A stretch of DNA of 64,000 bases from Nitrosopumilaceae archaeon. GTDB lineage: Archaea > Thermoproteota > Nitrososphaeria > Nitrososphaerales > Nitrosopumilaceae. Location of the stretch: positions 1 to 64,000 of the forward strand of contig CBDATR010000034.1 in assembly GCA_965200155.1 (NCBI GenBank), read 5' to 3'. Position numbers and translations under genes: made by a program. The notes under the pieces were generated by a model, which was given only the letters and a program-made list of their open reading frames with translations, had not been told where the DNA came from and did not search any database. How positions within the stretch are numbered: position 1 is the stretch's first letter; each line of letters begins with the position of its first letter. Positions 52,799 through 62,693 of this stretch are shown one piece after another.

Positions 52799-54441
52799 TT
52801 ACCTTATCTTATGATAGATTATCAAGTATGGTTGGCGCCCCCGTGCAGAAAATTCGTGACTTTTTGCCATATCTGGGACTGGATATAGAATATGAGGATA
52901 ATGACACGGTAAGGATAGAGTACAGCCCCAACCGTCCGGACTATTCTACCGAGTTTGGGGTATCCATAGGACTGCAGGGCATATTGGGTATTACAACAGG
53001 ACTGTACCGGATTAACGTACATGACTCGGACAGGCATTTGGTGGCGCACGATTCTGTAAGTGCGGTAAGGTCGTGCATAACGGGGATAGCCGCGATGGGG
53101 GGCGTCCTGGATGATCATTCCATACGGCAGATAATATCCATGCAGGAGGACTTGCACCAGGGGCTGGGCCGCCGGAGGGCCAAGCTGGCCATAGGACTGC
53201 ATGACATGGATGCGCTGCAGTTTCCCCTCACGTATACGGTGAAGAATAGGGAGTTTGAGTTTGTGCCCTTGGGTCATGATGAGTCCATGTCTATTAATGA
53301 CATACTGAGTAATACCGAGCAGGGTCGCGCATATGGGGCATTACTGCCGCCGGGGCCGGTCCCCATAATACATGATGAAAGAGGAACAGTGGCGTCCATG
53401 CCTCCGGTAATAAATTCCGGTCATACCACTGTCACAGCGGGCACGAGGAATATTCTGGTGGATATAACCGGTAATGACAGGACGCATATTGAGAATGCCC
53501 TGTCCGTTGTATGTGTTACACTGCAGGCCGCCGGGTTCACAATACAACGGCTGAATATATCCGGGGCGGGGAACAGTACTCCTCCACTTAATGATAGAGT
53601 CATTGACATGGATGTGAATATGTCGAATAGCGTACTGGGGCTGGACATGAATGAGCAATCTGTGATAGACTGTATTAGAAAGTCGCGCCTTGATGGTTAT
53701 GCTGATTCCGGTATCATAAAGTGCACCATTCCGCCGTACCGCTTTGATATACTGGGCGAGATGGATTTGGTAGAAGAGGTAGCCCTAGGGTATGGCATAT
53801 ATAATATGGAACCGGCGCTGCCCCCGTCACCGGTACCGGGGCAGGCAAGCATGCAATCCAGGAATATACGATACGTAAATGATATCATGACCGGGCTTGG
53901 GTACATGGAGGTGATGAACTCCAGCCTAGTGGGTGAGCAAATACAACGGAATTGTGGCCGTAGCGGTAGTGACATGATGGTATCTAATCCCAAGAGCCAG
54001 AGTCATACTATGCTGCGAGACATTTTGTTGCCGGGACTTTTGGGTAATTTATCTAGCAATATACACGAGCCATATCCTCACAAGTTATACGAGATTGGTA
54101 CCATATTCATTCCAAGAGATGAGAGGTTACACTTGGGGTGTATCGTGGCGCACAAGGACGCATCGTACTCGGAGATAAAATCCATATTGTCGGGTATGTG
54201 CCGGGACTTGGGTGTGGATGTACAGACACCATCCGGTGATGAAGGAATGTTCCTGAAAGAGATGTTCCAGGTAGGGTGTGCCGCACATGTGTGTGTGGGG
54301 GAGTGTGTAGTTGGCTCGATAGGTGAGGTATACGGTGCGGTGCGGGATGCATTTAAGATACGGGAGGGAATATCCGTTGCGGCCTTTGAGGTTGATCTTG
54401 GATTAATATTTGAGTTGTGCGGTTTCAAATCTGCCCCATAG
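52789..54441 (+). CDS. pheT: Phenylalanyl-tRNA synthetase beta subunit
   Basis: PNRPD, QEDLH..LGRRR, PPVINS, R.DI....DLVEE. Confidence 0.96.
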   Translation: MPVVTLSYDRLSSMVGAPVQKIRDFLPYLGLDIEYEDNDTVRIEYSPNRPDYSTEFGVSIGLQGILGITTGLYRINVHDSDRHLVAHDSVSAVRSCITGIAAMGGVLDDHSIRQIISMQEDLHQGLGRRRAKLAIGLHDMDALQFPLTYTVKNREFEFVPLGHDESMSINDILSNTEQGRAYGALLPPGPVPIIHDERGTVASMPPVINSGHTTVTAGTRNILVDITGNDRTHIENALSVVCVTLQAAGFTIQRLNISGAGNSTPPLNDRVIDMDVNMSNSVLGLDMNEQSVIDCIRKSRLDGYADSGIIKCTIPPYRFDILGEMDLVEEVALGYGIYNMEPALPPSPVPGQASMQSRNIRYVNDIMTGLGYMEVMNSSLVGEQIQRNCGRSGSDMMVSNPKSQSHTMLRDILLPGLLGNLSSNIHEPYPHKLYEIGTIFIPRDERLHLGCIVAHKDASYSEIKSILSGMCRDLGVDVQTPSGDEGMFLKEMFQVGCAAHVCVGECVVGSIGEVYGAVRDAFKIREGISVAAFEVDLGLIFELCGFKSAP

Positions 54442-54656
54442 AGCAGGCACGCAGACGGATCGTGATGAGTAGATCGTGCAGATCGCGTTGATCCACGATT
54501 CACCCAGGTGTGCTACAGGGGGCAAACCCCGGTTAGAGAGTTCGGCGAGGATAATGGCTATACCCTGTGAAACCGGAAGAGTCAGTGCCGGGGAACATTG
54601 TTATAATGAAATACTGTTATCTAGTATACCTGCATGTGCGACCGGTACTGCATGGG
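54442..54656. other. Possible structured non-coding element
   Basis: Several stems (GATCGTG/CACGATT, ACAGGG/CCCTGT, CCGGTT/AACCGG, AGTGCCGG/CCGGTACT); shares motifs with 3833-3952. Confidence 0.3.
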
Positions 54657-54821
54657 TGGTGGTATGATTTCAAGAATGACGGATAGTTGTAATTAGCATG
54701 ATTTTAGCGCGTGGTAGAAGTGGATTGATACATGTGTTCTTCTACAATGACTGTGTCCTGATGTGTGGTCATGCCCGGATTTTCAAAAATAATATAGCGG
54801 GGAATCATATCAAATACAGTC

Positions 54822-55136
54822 ATGAATATGTTGGTACCTGTAGTAGCTGTGGCAGTGATTGCGGCCGGTTGGGGAGGCGGCTTTTGGGCAGATGCCACGT
54901 TTCACCAGGATGTGGTAATGTTCGGGGAAGACTGCCAACTTAGACTGGATAATCGCGTGAATATCACCGGTATAGCTTACTCATCGTATGATGAGGGGCA
55001 CCTCTTAGTATGTCGTGATTCTATATCTGATGGCTGGGAGTTCCGGGACCAGTACGAATATTGTATTGTTACAGTAGCTGCCGATGACACGCGCGCATCC
55101 GGTTCACTTCGATGCTGGAACAATGAACAGGAGTAG
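54822..55136 (+). CDS. Small secreted Cys-containing protein, C-terminus cut by IS66
   Basis: Hydrophobic N-terminus; the stop TAG uses the first IS base. Confidence 0.6.
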   Translation: MNMLVPVVAVAVIAAGWGGGFWADATFHQDVVMFGEDCQLRLDNRVNITGIAYSSYDEGHLLVCRDSISDGWEFRDQYEYCIVTVAADDTRASGSLRCWNNEQE

Positions 55137-56801
55137 TATGAGTTCACGTGTTTTGATCACATAATAAGATAGAATACATCCCAGTTTTTTTAATTATAAC
55201 TGCATTCTGGCAGCAACCTCGTTCATTACAGAAAGGCCTTGAGCCCTCCATGTCTGAACGCATGATACGAATGTAGACATGCGGCGCATTGCCCTTTCGC
55301 CACCCTTTATCTGGCCACTAATCTTGCGGAATACCACTGCGTATCGCAAAGCCTGCTCCGCTGGATTGTTGGTGGGCTCTACACTGTCATATTCTAAGAA
55401 TACGAACATGCCTGGTATGGCCTTATTCAATCCTTTTACCTTCTTTTGTAGTTCAGTATCATCAACATCACAGTACTGATGCATCTGCTCCTGTCTCAAA
55501 TGAGTGTCGTAATTGCGCGGACGGCCCGCAGCGATTCAGGGATTCCCGTGCGCTCCGGAACAATCCTTTCAGGTCGTTGTCAAGTTTGATCCGGGTGTCC
55601 TGAGCACCGGGATCGATATAGAATCCTGCATGTAATGCCTGGGTATCGCGCAATAAATGCGCCCAACACAACTGGTGCTTCCCACCGTCATCAAACCGGC
55701 GATACACAACGTACCTGTCTGTGACTATCGCACCATGGTAACCGTTCAGGTATTTGTTCACTACATTTGAACTCCTACTTTTGTCATATATGGACATCAT
55801 CCACTCTTCGGCTCGCATCCCCCATACCCAGCCACGCCTACCCGCCAGTGATATACCAGTTTCGTCCACATGAATGCTGGGTGATTTTATTATATTCTCA
55901 TGAATTGTTTCCATAAATGATTCACATGCATCGGCGGCCCTGGCAATTATGTTGTTTACTGCACCCACCGATATATTTAGGCCGAAGAGATCCCTCGAAA
56001 TTACAGGTATGCGTTTTATTGGAATCTTTTCCGCACGCAATGCAGTGATGGCACCGCATAATTTAACCCCAAAACTACCACTCTTTGGGACGCCCGCTGC
56101 TGGGGCCAGTTGTTTTTTGCCGCACTTGCATGCAGCCATTTCTATCATATGGTGGGTCTCCTCTATTTTGGCTGGTATTAATTCCGTTATGTGTCGTTGT
56201 TTCCAACCAATTTTTGTCATCATATTGCCGCACTCACATAGTGGAGTATGCTCAAAGGTGTGATGCACTATTCTGCCGGGGTTGTGGGAACGGGAAACCC
56301 CCTTGTGTCCCTTTTGAGCGCCAGCCTTTTTGGCTGATTTAGTACTGGCTTCTTTCTGTTTCTTATTATCTCCCTGTTTTCGCTTCTGCTCCTCCTGTTT
56401 TCGCTTCTTGTACTGGAGGGATTGAAGGGATGGTGGCGAGTGAGCATTCTCATAATATTTAAGTCGCGTTGTGAGTACCGCAATTTTCCCCTGTTTTTCT
56501 TCTAATTTCTCATTCAATTCATTTACATAATTCCTAATAATTTGGAAATCTTGTGTGAGATTTCGTATTTCTTTTGTGGTGCGGGACACATATGCTTCCA
56601 ATACTCTCACACGTTCCTTGTAATGTGCAAGATCTTTCTCGGTAGACGCAAGGGTATCCTGAAGAAGTTTATTTTCCAGTTCCAATTCCTTATAGGACCG
56701 GCGTCTTCTCATTAGATTCTTATTGCAAATTTGGTATTTAAGTAAAATATTGCCATACCAATCTATATCTTAGTGAATGATCAAAACACGTGAACTCATA
56801 C
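55136..56801 (-). mobile_element. Full-length IS66-family element; transposase in two frames (56712-55468 and 55499-55194)
   Basis: 24-bp TIR and perfect 8-bp TSD CAGGAGTA; PTNNPAEQALR. Confidence 0.95.
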
Positions 56802-56830
56802 CAGGAGTATGCTATCCATTGGGTCATATT

Positions 56831-57040
56831 GTAACCGATTAGGTCACTCAAGTAATTTTTCCTATATTGATACCAAGGCAGTGGCTAAATCCTGTTATTT
56901 CACTACATTTGCGTAAAGGTATCTAGCATACTTTAGTGGCAGTGAGGACCATTCCCCTACCAATTCGGGATGCTTTGCTTGCGCTTATCGGATTTTGTAC
57001 CATGAAAACACTCTCAATTCGGAGCGACCTGGATGGTTAC
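56831..57040. mobile_element. GTAACC-family MITE (~200-bp subtype)
   Basis: Reverse-complement homolog of 61227-61419. Confidence 0.8.
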
Positions 57041-57049
57041 TGCTCCAAA

Positions 57050-57170
57050 GTAACCGCTTAGGTCACACCCTGACAACCGTCTAAAATACATCACGAACAT
57101 GTTTGTCTATCCTGATATCTCATATGTCCATGCATAGATGTATGATCTTTAACGCGACCTAAACGGTCAC
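57050..57170. mobile_element. GTAACC-family MITE (~120-bp subtype)
   Basis: TIRs and the 8-bp TSD GCTCCAAA. Confidence 0.88.
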
Positions 57171-57221
57171 GCTCCAAATAGTGCAAGAGTTATAAGGATT
57201 TTCAATCCCACTTTATATCAC

Positions 57222-57295
57222 GCTTCGATAGCTCAGCCTGGTAGAGCGTTACCTTGGTAAGGTAAAGGTCGCGGGTCCGGATCCCGCTCGAAGCT
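57222..57295 (+). tRNA. tRNA-Thr(GGT)
   Basis: Acceptor stem GCTTCGA/TCGAAGC, D arm GCTC..GAGC, anticodon arm TTACC-TTGGTAA-GGTAA, T arm GCGGG/CCCGC. Confidence 0.93.
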
Positions 57296-57334
57296 TTCAA
57301 CTATAAAAAGCCTAATTGTTAACCATATACTCGC

Positions 57335-58150
57335 ATGAAACTGGAAAGGGTGGTTATAGGCGCCAAGTTTGGCTCGGTAGCGGCCGAGAAGGCAGCCAGG
57401 GACGCTGCCCAGCGATTCTTAGGGTGCGGTTGCGAGGTCCGGGTGGTGTCACCTGTATCTACAGGTGGCGCCATCACGGTGGAAACGCTGGAGGACATGG
57501 CCGGATTCAGGCCGGACTTGGCCGTAACCCTGGGTGGAGATGGTACAACTCTGCGCACACTGCGGCATCTTGCAGATGAGACGCCCGTACTTACCATAAA
57601 TGTCGGCGGGAACCGCGGCATATTATCGGAGATTACCATGGCACAACTGGATCAGGCAATAAAACAGATGTTATCTGATGATATCATACTTGAAAAGCGC
57701 ATAAGGGTGGTGGCATCATATAATGGCGAGGAGTTTCCCCCTGCTCTCAACGAGATTTACATAACGCGCTCCAATCTTACTCGCACCGCAAATATGATGA
57801 TAAAATTCCAGAATGATACTATAAAACAAAAGATGGATGGAGTAATGGTATCGACGCCCAGCGGCTCTACGGGACACTCGTTCTCGCTGGGTGGTCCCAT
57901 AATGCACGAGAGCCTTAATGTCCTTATCATTACGCCGGTAGCGCCCGTATACCGGCTGGCTTCCATAGTGGTACCTGACGATATGATAGAGATTATTCCC
58001 TCGCATAACTGCAGTATAGTGGTAGATGCGCAGGTAGTAACATCAGCCGGATACGGGGAGACTATTACCATCAAGAAATACCGTCACAGGGCGGTCTTTG
58101 TAAGGCTAAAGAAGCGGGGACTCCGGCAGATGACCAAGATGGGGTTCTAA
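57335..58150 (+). CDS. nadK: NAD(+) kinase
   Basis: GGDGT, ALNE, DG..VSTP.GSTG.S.SLGGP. Confidence 0.94.
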   Translation: MKLERVVIGAKFGSVAAEKAARDAAQRFLGCGCEVRVVSPVSTGGAITVETLEDMAGFRPDLAVTLGGDGTTLRTLRHLADETPVLTINVGGNRGILSEITMAQLDQAIKQMLSDDIILEKRIRVVASYNGEEFPPALNEIYITRSNLTRTANMMIKFQNDTIKQKMDGVMVSTPSGSTGHSFSLGGPIMHESLNVLIITPVAPVYRLASIVVPDDMIEIIPSHNCSIVVDAQVVTSAGYGETITIKKYRHRAVFVRLKKRGLRQMTKMGF

Positions 58151-58176
58151 TATAATTCCCATATTATGAACAACCA

Positions 58177-58659
58177 CTAAATGGGGCGCATGCGTCTGCG
58201 CAATGGTGTCCCGCAAATCGTGCATGTCTTGGCCGGTCTGCTGGTGATTTTACATGCAGGACACGTATAAGACCATACTACTGTTGCGCGTATTCCCCTA
58301 GTCATTACGGGGTGCACTACTATGCCGATATGCTTTGCGACATTGGATAGGGCATAGTCATCTGTCACTATTTCGTTCCCGGTCTGTATGGCAAGAGCCA
58401 GTATGGATACGTCCTGGGCCGAGAGCTCAGTAATATCCCCTGTCTTTTGGGCGGCGCCGGTGGCCGCGTTCACGGACTCTTTGTCCGGTGATAGTACAAG
58501 TAATCTTCCGGCATCTTTGAGCGCCTGTATTGCCTTTTGTCTGCCCTTTATGTGCTGAATCTCGAGGTATACTTCTGGTGTAGTGCAGTATGGGGTAGTT
58601 GATCCAAAGGGTACTCCCGCATAGAATCCGCTGGCATCCAGTATGTGCATAGGAATCAT
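58177..58659 (-). CDS. nob1: Nob1-family PIN endonuclease with zinc ribbon
   Basis: ILDASGF, LS..D, TDDY, CPAC..CTICG. Confidence 0.88.
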   Translation of the reverse strand: MIPMHILDASGFYAGVPFGSTTPYCTTPEVYLEIQHIKGRQKAIQALKDAGRLLVLSPDKESVNAATGAAQKTGDITELSAQDVSILALAIQTGNEIVTDDYALSNVAKHIGIVVHPVMTRGIRATVVWSYTCPACKITSRPAKTCTICGTPLRRRMRPI

Positions 58660-58690
58660 GTATTGTCTTGTTTAATCTATAATTTGTGTA

Positions 58691-59212
58691 TCATTCCAGC
58701 GGGGCTGCCCAGCCACCGCCGGTAAAGCGGTATCTCCGGTTCTCTGCATGCGCCTCATACAGGCGCCACCTGGTAGTCTTGGCGTCAAATGTATAGATTA
58801 CGCCGGTACAGCCTGCGGGCAGCTTCTCTATGTGGTATGGGAGCAACTCCAGTACAAAGTCTATCTTTTCTATGGAGTTGTCAAACCACTGCCTGTCTCC
58901 GGCATCTATGACAAAGGTGATGTTTGGCGTGCCCCGAAATACTATCCGTATCTTTACCGCGTTACCCGAGCCCCGGCGCCGCTTCATCTCCTTGAAGAGA
59001 CTCTTTACCTTCTCCCATCTTCTGTAATCAAACCACTCAAAGAATTCGTCGCTAAAATCCACGGGTACGTATATGTCCAGCCTACTTACAAATTCCGGTT
59101 CCTCCTGTTCGATCTCGCTCTGCTGTATGTTGAATCTGGATCTAAAGTATCCATACAGAACTTCTATCTCCCAGGGCGATATGCCGTAGTAGCGGAAGAG
59201 TACCTGAGCCAT
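58691..59212 (-). CDS. Hypothetical protein
   Basis: Likely start MAQVLFRYYG; the upstream extension is the shadow of the divergent gene. Confidence 0.7.
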   Translation of the reverse strand: MAQVLFRYYGISPWEIEVLYGYFRSRFNIQQSEIEQEEPEFVSRLDIYVPVDFSDEFFEWFDYRRWEKVKSLFKEMKRRRGSGNAVKIRIVFRGTPNITFVIDAGDRQWFDNSIEKIDFVLELLPYHIEKLPAGCTGVIYTFDAKTTRWRLYEAHAENRRYRFTGGGWAAPLE

Positions 59213-59264
59213 TATACAATATCTGTATGGCAAATATATATGGCTCATCATAATATTTTGTGTC

Positions 59265-59582
59265 GTGAAGAAAGAGTATGTTGTAAAGAGCATAGATGCA
59301 GCTCCTGACGGGGCTCCATACGTTGTAGTGTCACTCTCATCACTGAAAGATGTGGGGGAGGGTAACGTGGCACCCTCATCGCCATTTGGCCAGCCAAAGA
59401 TGATGGGATTTACCAATATGGGTGATATGATGAAGGACCTGAATCGTATGCTGGGCGGTATGGGCAATAACACCGGTATCACACAGCTCAAAATGGACAT
59501 GCGTGAGTACAAGGACATGAATCTCTCCGTGGGCGACAGGGTATATCTGGAGCTTACTAGGGCCGAGTCTCTGGGAATTTAA
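59265..59582 (+). CDS. Small hypothetical protein (OB-fold-like)
   Basis: 105-aa ORF; EYKDMNLSVGD. Confidence 0.7.
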   Translation: MKKEYVVKSIDAAPDGAPYVVVSLSSLKDVGEGNVAPSSPFGQPKMMGFTNMGDMMKDLNRMLGGMGNNTGITQLKMDMREYKDMNLSVGDRVYLELTRAESLGI

Positions 59583-60145
59583 ACGGTGTTGATGTACTTC
59601 CACAGATAAAGGGATCCCACCGTACCAATGACAAAGAGCATGGGCTTCCATGCCAGAACCGGTATACTGGGCGTTGACAGCTTCACCTTGTAGTCGTTGT
59701 AAATATCCCGTACGTACCGTTTTAACCCGTCATTCCATATTCTGCACTCTATGTGGTATTTGTTCAGTATATCCTGTATCTCGTATATTACCGGTGTTCG
59801 CTGGCTGAACAGGTGTTGTATGTAGTCCCTAGACACTTCCACTTCTGCATGTATTCCGATGAGGCCCTCCTTGAGATCTACCATTCGCACGTGCATCTCC
59901 CATGGTTTTTTCAGCTTGAGGTTGTAGCCGCGCCCTATCTGGTTGGGCTGCTTGTGTTCAAACTTTACCCTGGTAAAGCCCTCCCGGACCAGTATGTTGG
60001 ATATCTCATCAATGCTGTTCCGAACCACCACGTGTAATTGCTCCAGGCCCTCCCGGGCGTCTATGTGTGTTATTCGTCTTATGCCGTCTGCCAGAGAGAC
60101 GGTCTTTGGGTATCGGGTCCTGTATTCCATGCCGCTAAATTTCAC
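59579..60145 (-). CDS. Hypothetical protein with a C-terminal TM anchor
   Basis: PWEMHVR..EVEVSRDY; hydrophobic tail. Confidence 0.7.
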   Translation of the reverse strand: MKFSGMEYRTRYPKTVSLADGIRRITHIDAREGLEQLHVVVRNSIDEISNILVREGFTRVKFEHKQPNQIGRGYNLKLKKPWEMHVRMVDLKEGLIGIHAEVEVSRDYIQHLFSQRTPVIYEIQDILNKYHIECRIWNDGLKRYVRDIYNDYKVKLSTPSIPVLAWKPMLFVIGTVGSLYLWKYINTV

Positions 60146-60181
60146 GAGTATTATTTAAACGGAATTATGAGCGTGAATAAT

Positions 60182-60338
60182 GTAACAGTTTAGGTCACCT
60201 GCATACTTTCTGTTCCAGATAGTCAGTGTCTATGACATGATCAGCAATAGACTGAATGCATTTTGAAACTGTTCAGTCTTCTGCTGTCACTGGCAAGATC
60301 GTACCCGAGCTTGTAAATCTTGTTCAACCTACGGTTAC
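60182..60338. mobile_element. Degenerate GTAACC-family MITE
   Basis: GTAACAGTTTAGGTCAC...ACCTACGGTTAC. Confidence 0.65.
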
Positions 60339-60409
60339 CATTCAGTGCTTTTGGTTTAAATTTGGTACATCGAACCAAACCATGTCATGGCACCAAGAGG
60401 AAATATACA

Positions 60410-61201
60410 ATGAGTGTCATAACACAGGGGTCCCCTGTACTATTCCAGTATAACCAGACAAAAAAGTGGCTTACTACCATCTCCGGGGATCAGTCGCTGC
60501 ATACGCACATCGGGGTGATACGCCATGCCGATGCCCTGGGCAAGCCATATGGTTCCCGTATTCTTACAAACAAGGAAAAATACGTCTACCTGCTGAAACC
60601 TACCACGTATGACTATATCATGAAGATACAGCATGGCACACAGATTGTGTACCCCAAGGATATAGGATACATACTTGCCCGGTCGGGCTTGCAGGGCGGC
60701 CAGACCGTGCTGGAGATTGGAACAGGAAGCGGCGCCCTGACAACGGCGCTGGCCGGTGTAGTGAGGCCCCGGGGCCGGGTCCATACGTATGATGTGGATG
60801 AAAAGTTCATCAAAATTGCAGAGAAGAACATAAGCCGCGCCGGACTCTCAAAGTATGTGGTGCAGGAGAACCTGGATATTAGAACGCTGGAGGATGTACC
60901 CGCGCTTGACGCGGACTTGGCCATAATAGATTTGGGTGACCCCTGGAGCGTATTGCCACAGGTAAGAAAGATGCTTACCGATAGCGGGATACTGTTCGCC
61001 ATATGCCCTACCATGAACCAGCTGGAGAAACTTGGAGCCGCACTTGTGGAGAACCAGTTCACCGACATTGAGTGCTCTGAGCGTATACTGCGTACCATAG
61101 AGGCACGGGAAGGCAAGACCCGTCACTCATTCCAGGGAATAGGGCATACTGCGTACCTGTGTCATGCGCGCAAGGTATACTTTGGAACAGGCTCTGAATG
61201 A
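60410..61201 (+). CDS. trmI: tRNA (adenine-N1)-methyltransferase
   Basis: TQIVYPKD, LEIGTGSGALT, DLGDPW, GHTAYL. Confidence 0.93.
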   Translation: MSVITQGSPVLFQYNQTKKWLTTISGDQSLHTHIGVIRHADALGKPYGSRILTNKEKYVYLLKPTTYDYIMKIQHGTQIVYPKDIGYILARSGLQGGQTVLEIGTGSGALTTALAGVVRPRGRVHTYDVDEKFIKIAEKNISRAGLSKYVVQENLDIRTLEDVPALDADLAIIDLGDPWSVLPQVRKMLTDSGILFAICPTMNQLEKLGAALVENQFTDIECSERILRTIEAREGKTRHSFQGIGHTAYLCHARKVYFGTGSE

Positions 61202-61820
61202 ATAAAATGCCCTGTCATAATATGATGTAACCGTTTGTGTCGCTCCGAATTGCTTTCATGACACAAAATTCGGTAACCACAAGCTCGAAGCGGTAGGTGA
61301 TAAACCCCACCAGCCCTAACGTATGCTGTGATTGTAAATGTCGCGCAGTGGGATAACAGGATTTAGTCACTACCTTGGTGGCACATTAGGAAAAATACTT
61401 GGGTGACCTAAACGATTACCAGTATGATTAAACCAGTGGTTGTTCTTGGAGTCGATCCCGATCTTTTTGAGCAAGTATGTCATCGTTCTGCTCAATTAGC
61501 GTGTCGTTCTGCTTTGAGTGATGCTTTGCATAGTCAATTAGCGTATTTAGCCGAGAAGCGCTGGTATTCAATGCGTTGAGCATTTCTAATTGCATGTCTC
61601 CCAAGATTATCTTGAATATGGTGAATTCTCCAGTGGCAGCAGTATATTTCACTTGCATATCATCTATTTGTACAGGTTCTTCCAATTTGTTTATGGCAGC
61701 AATGAGTGACTCTATGTACTGTCTTTCACCCTCGCATATGATTAATACGGATTCGTCCTCAAGGTTCTTCACACTACCTTTCAGCCCAATTTCTTTCGCC
61801 ACATTTTTAACACTATTGCG

Positions 61821-61912
61821 GTATGAGTTCACGTCTTCCGGAATCTTATGCACAAATCACATTAACTGTAGCGATCAGTTATGCGTAAATTTAGACACAG
61901 GTGAACTCATAC
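61821..61912 (-). mobile_element. IS66-related MITE variant A
   Basis: TSD CTATTGCG. Confidence 0.95.
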
Positions 61913-61971
61913 CTATTGCGGAGTCCCACCCCCTGAACCTTTCCGGAGACTTGGATTGTGGCTCTTTCTTG

Positions 61972-62070
61972 GTATGAGTTCACGTCTTCCGGAATCTTGT
62001 GCACAAAAGAACCGGTTCTTTAACTGTCGCGATCAGTTGTGCGTAAATTTAGACACAGGTGAACTCATAC
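61972..62070 (-). mobile_element. IS66-related MITE variant C
   Basis: TSD CTTTCTTG. Confidence 0.95.
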
Positions 62071-62262
62071 CTTTCTTGTGTCATCGTGTTATGATTCTCG
62101 CTCATTCAATTTAAGCTAAGAGGAGGGAGCAGGAACCATTCATGTCACTTCAAGCAGAGACAGTCGACGCTTGGCGCATTTGGTTCATACTTTTCTTCAT
62201 GTCACTTGATGTGCCATAATTCTATCGCAGTCTGCACAATATGGAGACGTACTTTGAGGATC

Positions 62263-62411
62263 GTAACCGTTTAGGTTGCCCCAAGCTAAGAAAAGTGCGT
62301 TGCTTCGATTGTTCTTGTGATAGCCGTCTACCTTGCCCCCGGTATGGATAGCATCTGTGTTGAGTCCGCGCTTTCTCCACACCATATCATACAGGTAGTT
62401 ACATTCTAGAT
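62263..62411 (-). mobile_element. Probable right-end remnant of the IS66 that parents the GTAACC MITEs
   Basis: GTAACCGTTTAGGTTGC end next to TCM..VWRKRGLN, which resembles an IS66 transposase C-terminus. Confidence 0.55.
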
Positions 62412-62497
62412 GTAACCGTTTAGATCACCTCTGTGCAACCGCTTAAAATACAGCGCTAACATACCCATTTCTGTCTTTTCAATCATGATACCTCACA

Positions 62498-62590
62498 TAT
62501 GGTGGCCACCATAAGTCCTTGTGCAACAAATCTACATTTGTCATATACAACCCCTGTCTTACATGTCAAAGAATTGTGGTGTTCGCTGTA
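62498..62590. mobile_element. CCATAAGTC-family MITE nested in a GTAACC MITE
   Basis: Absent from the homologous copies at 22386 and 57050. Confidence 0.8.
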
Positions 62591-62693
62591 TGCCCATGAA
62601 TTCACCGTCTAGATGTGTGATCTTTAACGTGACCTAAACGGTTACAATATGATTAGAGAATGGTTTATTACTATAGTGGGTTAGCCACTGCTG

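Larger units (their letters stand above)
61428..62084 (-). pseudogene. Acylphosphatase with KQND tail, disrupted by two MITEs
   Basis: Removing the MITEs and TSDs gives MTQERATIQVSGKVQGVGLRNSVKN...GSVKNLED. Confidence 0.88.
61227..62645. mobile_element. Composite bounded by GTAACC-family MITEs (61227-61419 and 62412-62645)
   Basis: Outer ends are flanked by the identical 8-mer AATATGAT. Confidence 0.7.

Noticed and set aside
54442-54656. RNase P RNA, SRP RNA or C/D box sRNA
   Set aside because: No GAGGAAAG/ACAGAA P4 strands, no SRP helix-8 CAGG..AGCA motif and no clean D box.
56831-57170. Integron attC sites (..TAAC / GTT..)
   Set aside because: They have 8-bp TSDs and 17-bp TIRs, there is no cassette array and no integron integrase in the window.
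61821-62084. Two MITE insertions (100 + 107 = 207 nt) restoring the acylphosphatase frame
   Set aside because: The first MITE introduces an in-frame stop (MTQERYEFTCV*).
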